This document shows positions 59,700 to 64,000 of a stretch of 64,000 bases of DNA, in pieces (positions within the stretch are counted from its first letter, which is position 1; every line of letters begins with the position of its first letter). The notes under the pieces are model-generated. The model ran no database searches and was not told where the DNA came from. It saw only the letters and a list, made by a program, of their open reading frames with translations. The translations under genes were made by a program, and so were the position numbers. Origin of the DNA: Heterodontus francisci (Eukaryota); contig NC_090374.1 in NCBI RefSeq assembly GCF_036365525.1, positions 169,335,708 through 169,399,707 on the forward strand, read 5' to 3'.

Positions 59700-61882
59700 T
59701 CATGGCCTGAAGCTTTGGAATTCCCTTCCTAAACCTCTCTGCCTCTCTACCTCTCTCTCCTCCGCTTACGACACTCAGAAAAACCTACCTTTTGCAAAGC
59801 TTTTGGTCGCCTGTCCGAATTGCGCAAATATGGGAGGCAGGTCAGAAGATTGGACAGAATATAAAAAAAAGCAAAGAATGACTAAAAGATTGAAAAGGAA
59901 GGTAAAATTAGAGTATAAGAGAAAGCTAGCTAGAAATATAAAGACAGATAGTAAGAGTTTCTATAGATATTTAAAAAAGAAAAGAGTTAACAAAGTGAGC
60001 ATTGGTCCAATAGAAAGTGAGTCTGGGGAATTAATAATGGATAATAAGGAGATGGCAGATGAATTGAACAGATATTTTGCATTGGCCTTCACTATTGAGG
60101 ATACAAGTAACATCCCAGTATTAGCTGTAAGTCAGGAAATGGAAGGGAAGGAGGAACTCAAGAAAATTACAGTCACCAGGGAAGTGGTACTGAAAAAATT
60201 GTTGGAACAGTGGGTTGACAAGTCCTTGGGTCCTGATGGACTTCATCCTAGGGTCTTAAAATAAGTGGCTAGTGAGATAGTTAGTTTTAATTTTCCAAAT
60301 TTCCCTAGATTCGGGGAAGGTTCTGTTAGATTGGAAAATAGCGAATGTAACTCCTTTATTCAAAAAGGGAGGGAGACAGAAAGCAGGAACTACAGGCCAG
60401 TTAGCTTAACAACTGTCTTAGGGAAAATGTTAGAATCTATTATTAAGGATGGTATAGCAAGGCATTTAGAAAAATTCAAGGTAATCAGGCTGAGTCAGCA
60501 TGATTTGGGAAAGGGAAATCATGTTTAATCAAATTGTTGGAGTTCTTTGAGGGAGTTACATGTGCTGTGGATAAATGGGAACTGGTGGATGTATTGTACT
60601 TAGATTTCCAGAAGGCATTTGATAAGGTGCCACATCAAAGGTTATTGCAGAAAATAAAAGCTCATGGTGTAGGGGGTAACATATTGGTATGGATAGAAGA
60701 TTGGCTAGCTAACAGGAAACAATAGGCATAAATGGGTCATTTTCTGGTTAGCAAGATGCAACGAGTGGTGTGCCACAGGGATCTCTGCTGGGGCCTCAAC
60801 TTTTTACAATTTAGATAAATGACTTAGATGGAGGGACCAAAGTTATGGTTGCGAAATTTGCTGATGACACAAAGATAGGTAGGAAAGTAGCTTGTGAAGA
60901 GGACATAAGGAGGCTACAAAGGGATATAGATAGATTAAGTGAGTGGGCAAAGACCTAGCAAATGGAGTATAATGTGGGAAAGTGGGAAATTGTCCACTTT
61001 GGCAGGAAGAATCAAAAAGAAGCATTTATCTAAATGGTGAGAGTTTGCAGAGCTCTGAGATGCAGAGGGATCTGGGTGTCCTAGTGCATGAATCGCAAAA
61101 GGTTAGTATGCAGGTACAGCACGTAATTAGGAAAACTAATAGAATGAAATTGTTTATTGTGAGGGGAATTGAATACAAAAGTAGGGAGGTTATGCTTCAG
61201 CTATACAGGGCATTGGTGAGACCACATCTGGAGTACTGTGTACAGTACTGGTCTCCTTATTTAAGGAAGGATGTAAATGTGTTGGAGACAGTACACAGAA
61301 GGTTTACTAGACTAATACCTGGAATGGGTGGCCTGTCTTACAAGGAAAGATTGGACAGGGTAGGCTTGTATCCACTGGAATTTTGAAACATATAAGATCC
61401 TTAGGGGCCTTGACAAGGTGGATGTGGAAAGGATGTTTCCCCTCGTGGGAGAATCCAGAACTAGGAGTCACTGTTTAAAAATAAGGGGTCACGCATTTAA
61501 GACAGAGATGAGGAGAAATCTTTTCTCTCAGAGGGTCATGAGTCTTTGCTTCCACCGCCTTTTGAAGAAGAGAATTCCAAAGTCTTTGAATATTTTTAAG
61601 GCAGAGGTAGATAGATTCTTGATGAGCATGGGGGTGGAAGGTTATCGGGGGTAGGTGGAAATGTGGAGTAATCAGTTCAGCCATGAACTTATTGAATGGC
61701 GGAGCAGGTTTGAAGGGCCGAGTGTCCTACTCCAGCTCCTAATTCGTATGTTCGTATGTATGTGCGTATGAATATCTCCTTATGTGGCTCAGTGTCAAAT
61801 TTTGTCTAATAACACTCCTGTGAAGTGGCTTGGGATGTTTTATTATGTTAAAGGTGCTATAGAAATACAAGTTATTGTTGCT
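59700..61882 (+). mobile_element. L2 3' fragment split by a CR1 (parts 59700-59820 and 61770-61882)
   Basis: GCTTTTGGTCGCCTGTCCGAAT resumes as GAATATCTCCTTATGTGGCTC and ends GCTATAGAAATACAAGTTATTGTTG. Confidence 0.85.
59821..61769 (+). mobile_element. 5'-truncated CR1 LINE (RT and 3' UTR), inactivated
   Basis: SLGPDGLHPRVLK, NYRPVSLT, YLDFQKAFDKVPHQRL, AKFADDTKIG, RPHLEYCVQYWSP. Terminal (TTCGTATG)-like repeats. GAAT flanks both ends. Confidence 0.95.
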
Positions 61883-62069
61883 TCTACCATGAGCTTCCTG
61901 CTAGCCTGCCACAGAAGGCATTGGCAGTAGTTCAGACATGACAGTAATTCCACAATACTCTCACGCTGCCATAAAGATGATTAATTGATTCACAACACAA
62001 GCCATGATTTAGGACATATTTTCTAAAAATAAGGCCCTTGAAGCAGTGCTACTATGGTATAGAATAGTC

Positions 62070-63272
62070 AGGCCTTGGTCCAAACATGAACAAAGGAGCT
62101 GAAGAGATGAGGTGAGAGTGACAGCCCTTGACATTAAGGCAGTATTTGAGTGTGGTATCAAAAAGCCCGAGCAACATTTAAGTCATTGGGAATTGGAGGG
62201 GGAAGTCTCTCCAATGAGCACATAGCGCAAAGTCATACCTAGCACAAAGGAAGATGGTTGTGGTAGTTGGAGGCAAATCTTATTAGCCTCAGGACATCAT
62301 TGCAGGAGTTCATCAGGACAGTCTCCCCGGCCTAACCATCTTCAGCTGCTTCATCATTCACCTTATCTCCATCATAAGGTTCATTGATAATTGGACAGGG
62401 TTCAATTTCATTTGCATCTCTACACATAATTAAGCAGATCATGCCTTCAAGCAGCAAGACCTGGACAATATTCAGCCTTAGGTTGATAAGTGGCAAGAAC
62501 AGTCACACTGTACAAATGCCAGGAAATGAGCATCTCCAACAAGAGAGAATCTAACCATTCCCCCTTGACATTCAATGGCATTACCATCGCTGAATCCCCA
62601 CCATCAACATCTTGGGGACATTATTGACCAAAAATGTAACTGGACCAGTCACATAAATACTGTAGCTACAAGAGAAGGTCAGAGGCTGGCAATTCCGTTG
62701 TGAATAACCCACCTCCTGACTCCCCAAAGTCTGTCCACATCTACAAAGAACAAGTCAGGAGTGTGATAGAATACTCTTCACTTGCCTGGATGAGTGCAGC
62801 TCCAACAACCCTCAAGAAGCTCGTAACCATTCAGGATAAAGCAGGCCATTTGATTGGCACACCATCCACCACCTTAAACATTCACTCCCTCCACTCCCGA
62901 TGCACAGTGGCAGCCGTGTGTACCACATACAAGATGCACTCCAGCGACTCACCAAGGCTCCTTCGACAGCTCCTTCCAAACCTGTGACCTTTACCACCTA
63001 AAAGGACAAGGGCAGCAGATGCATAGGAACACCACCACCTGCAAGTTCCCCGACAAAATACCCACCATCCTGACTTGGAACTATACCGCTGTTCCTTCAC
63101 TATCACTGGGTCAAAAACCTGGAACTCCCTTCCTAACAGCACTGTGGATGTACCTACACCACATGAACTGCAGTGATTCAAGAAGGCAAGTCGCCACCAT
63201 CTTCTTCAGGGAAATTAGGGATGGGCAATATATGCTGGCCTTGCTAGTGACACCAACATCCCATGAATGAAT
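62070..63272 (+). mobile_element. Decayed Jockey-group LINE, 3' 1.2 kb
   Basis: IYKEQVRSVIEYSSLAWMSAAPTTLKKL. Homologous to 54600-55470. Ends CATCCCATGAATGAATG. Confidence 0.88.
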
Positions 63273-63900
63273 GAGAAAAGGCCACAGTCCCAGCCTTTAA
63301 TGTGCTTGGCTGAAACAGACCAGGCAATCTGTGCCTCTGAATAATGCTGTCCACATTGTAGAACTACCTCTGCTCTTTGTCCATAGTGAGGGGCTGCTTC
63401 CTCCACCTCAGCACGTGGAAGGTTAGCTCTCTGGTTGAGTTCAAACATATTCAGAGAAAATCATCCTGATTGTCATTGAATTTATCAGTTCTCTACTTAG
63501 CAAGAGCATTGTGCAAACACTGCATGGATTTCCATTAACCAGCATGTTTGTGTTCTTGTGTGTACAGTCCTGCTATTATAGCCAATATCAGAGCTGATTG
63601 TTGTGTCGCAACAAGTCCCTTCTCTATCTTAATAGCATGACCTGTGGCACCCACAGCTCTGACACTCTTGTCTTTCCATGCTGCAGCTCTGTACCTTTGT
63701 ACTTTGCATACTTGATAGAGAGTCCAGGAATGAGCACAATCGTTCATCAGAAGTGGAAGCTTTTGACTTAAATACCTTTTCTTAAATATGGTTGTGGCTG
63801 GTAAATTTGAAGGATTGGAAGATGCTCAACTCAGGAGTGAAGCAAAATATCTAATGCTAGGTGTTTACCTGAATGTTGCTGCTTATGGCCTAACTTATAG

Positions 63901-63982
63901 GTGAAAGTGCCTGTACACTCAGACTCCTTCCTCATCTAGCAGAAGGATTTCCAAAGCAATGCAATCAGAGGTACAAGGCAAG
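63901..63982 (+). other. Candidate small exon (acceptor before 63901, 63940 or 63943; strong donor at 63983)
   Basis: CAAG|GTAAGT donor. Candidate acceptors are CCTAACTTATAG and CTCCTTCCTCATCTAG/CAG. Confidence 0.3.
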
Positions 63983-64000
63983 GTAAGTTAGTGCAAAGTG

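Overview
This is vertebrate genomic DNA, most likely from a shark or other cartilaginous fish, inferred from the repeat families present. It is not prokaryotic. The window looks like intronic or 5'-gene sequence, and a large fraction is decayed transposable elements. These include 5'-truncated CR1 and L2 LINEs, a second Jockey-group LINE with its partner tRNA-SINE, many Deu-domain (SacSINE1/AmnSINE-like) SINEs, short Penelope-like terminal elements carrying decayed hammerhead-ribozyme cores, Harbinger-like and hAT-like MITEs, and two nested solo LTRs. No intact protein-coding gene, RNA gene or CRISPR array can be supported. The longer ORFs are either broken retroelement ORF2 pieces or repeat-derived. 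A few small + strand exon candidates (about 6.6, 38.2, 40.5 and 63.9 kb) and TE-free, motif-rich blocks suggest the 5' part of a large host gene that I cannot name. The best-supported oddities are nested insertions with readable target-site duplications, hammerhead motifs with a compensatory stem change, and minisatellites arising from SINE/LINE sub-sequences. I found no convincing evidence of a wholly new system. TE boundaries without a stated TSD are approximate (tens of bp).
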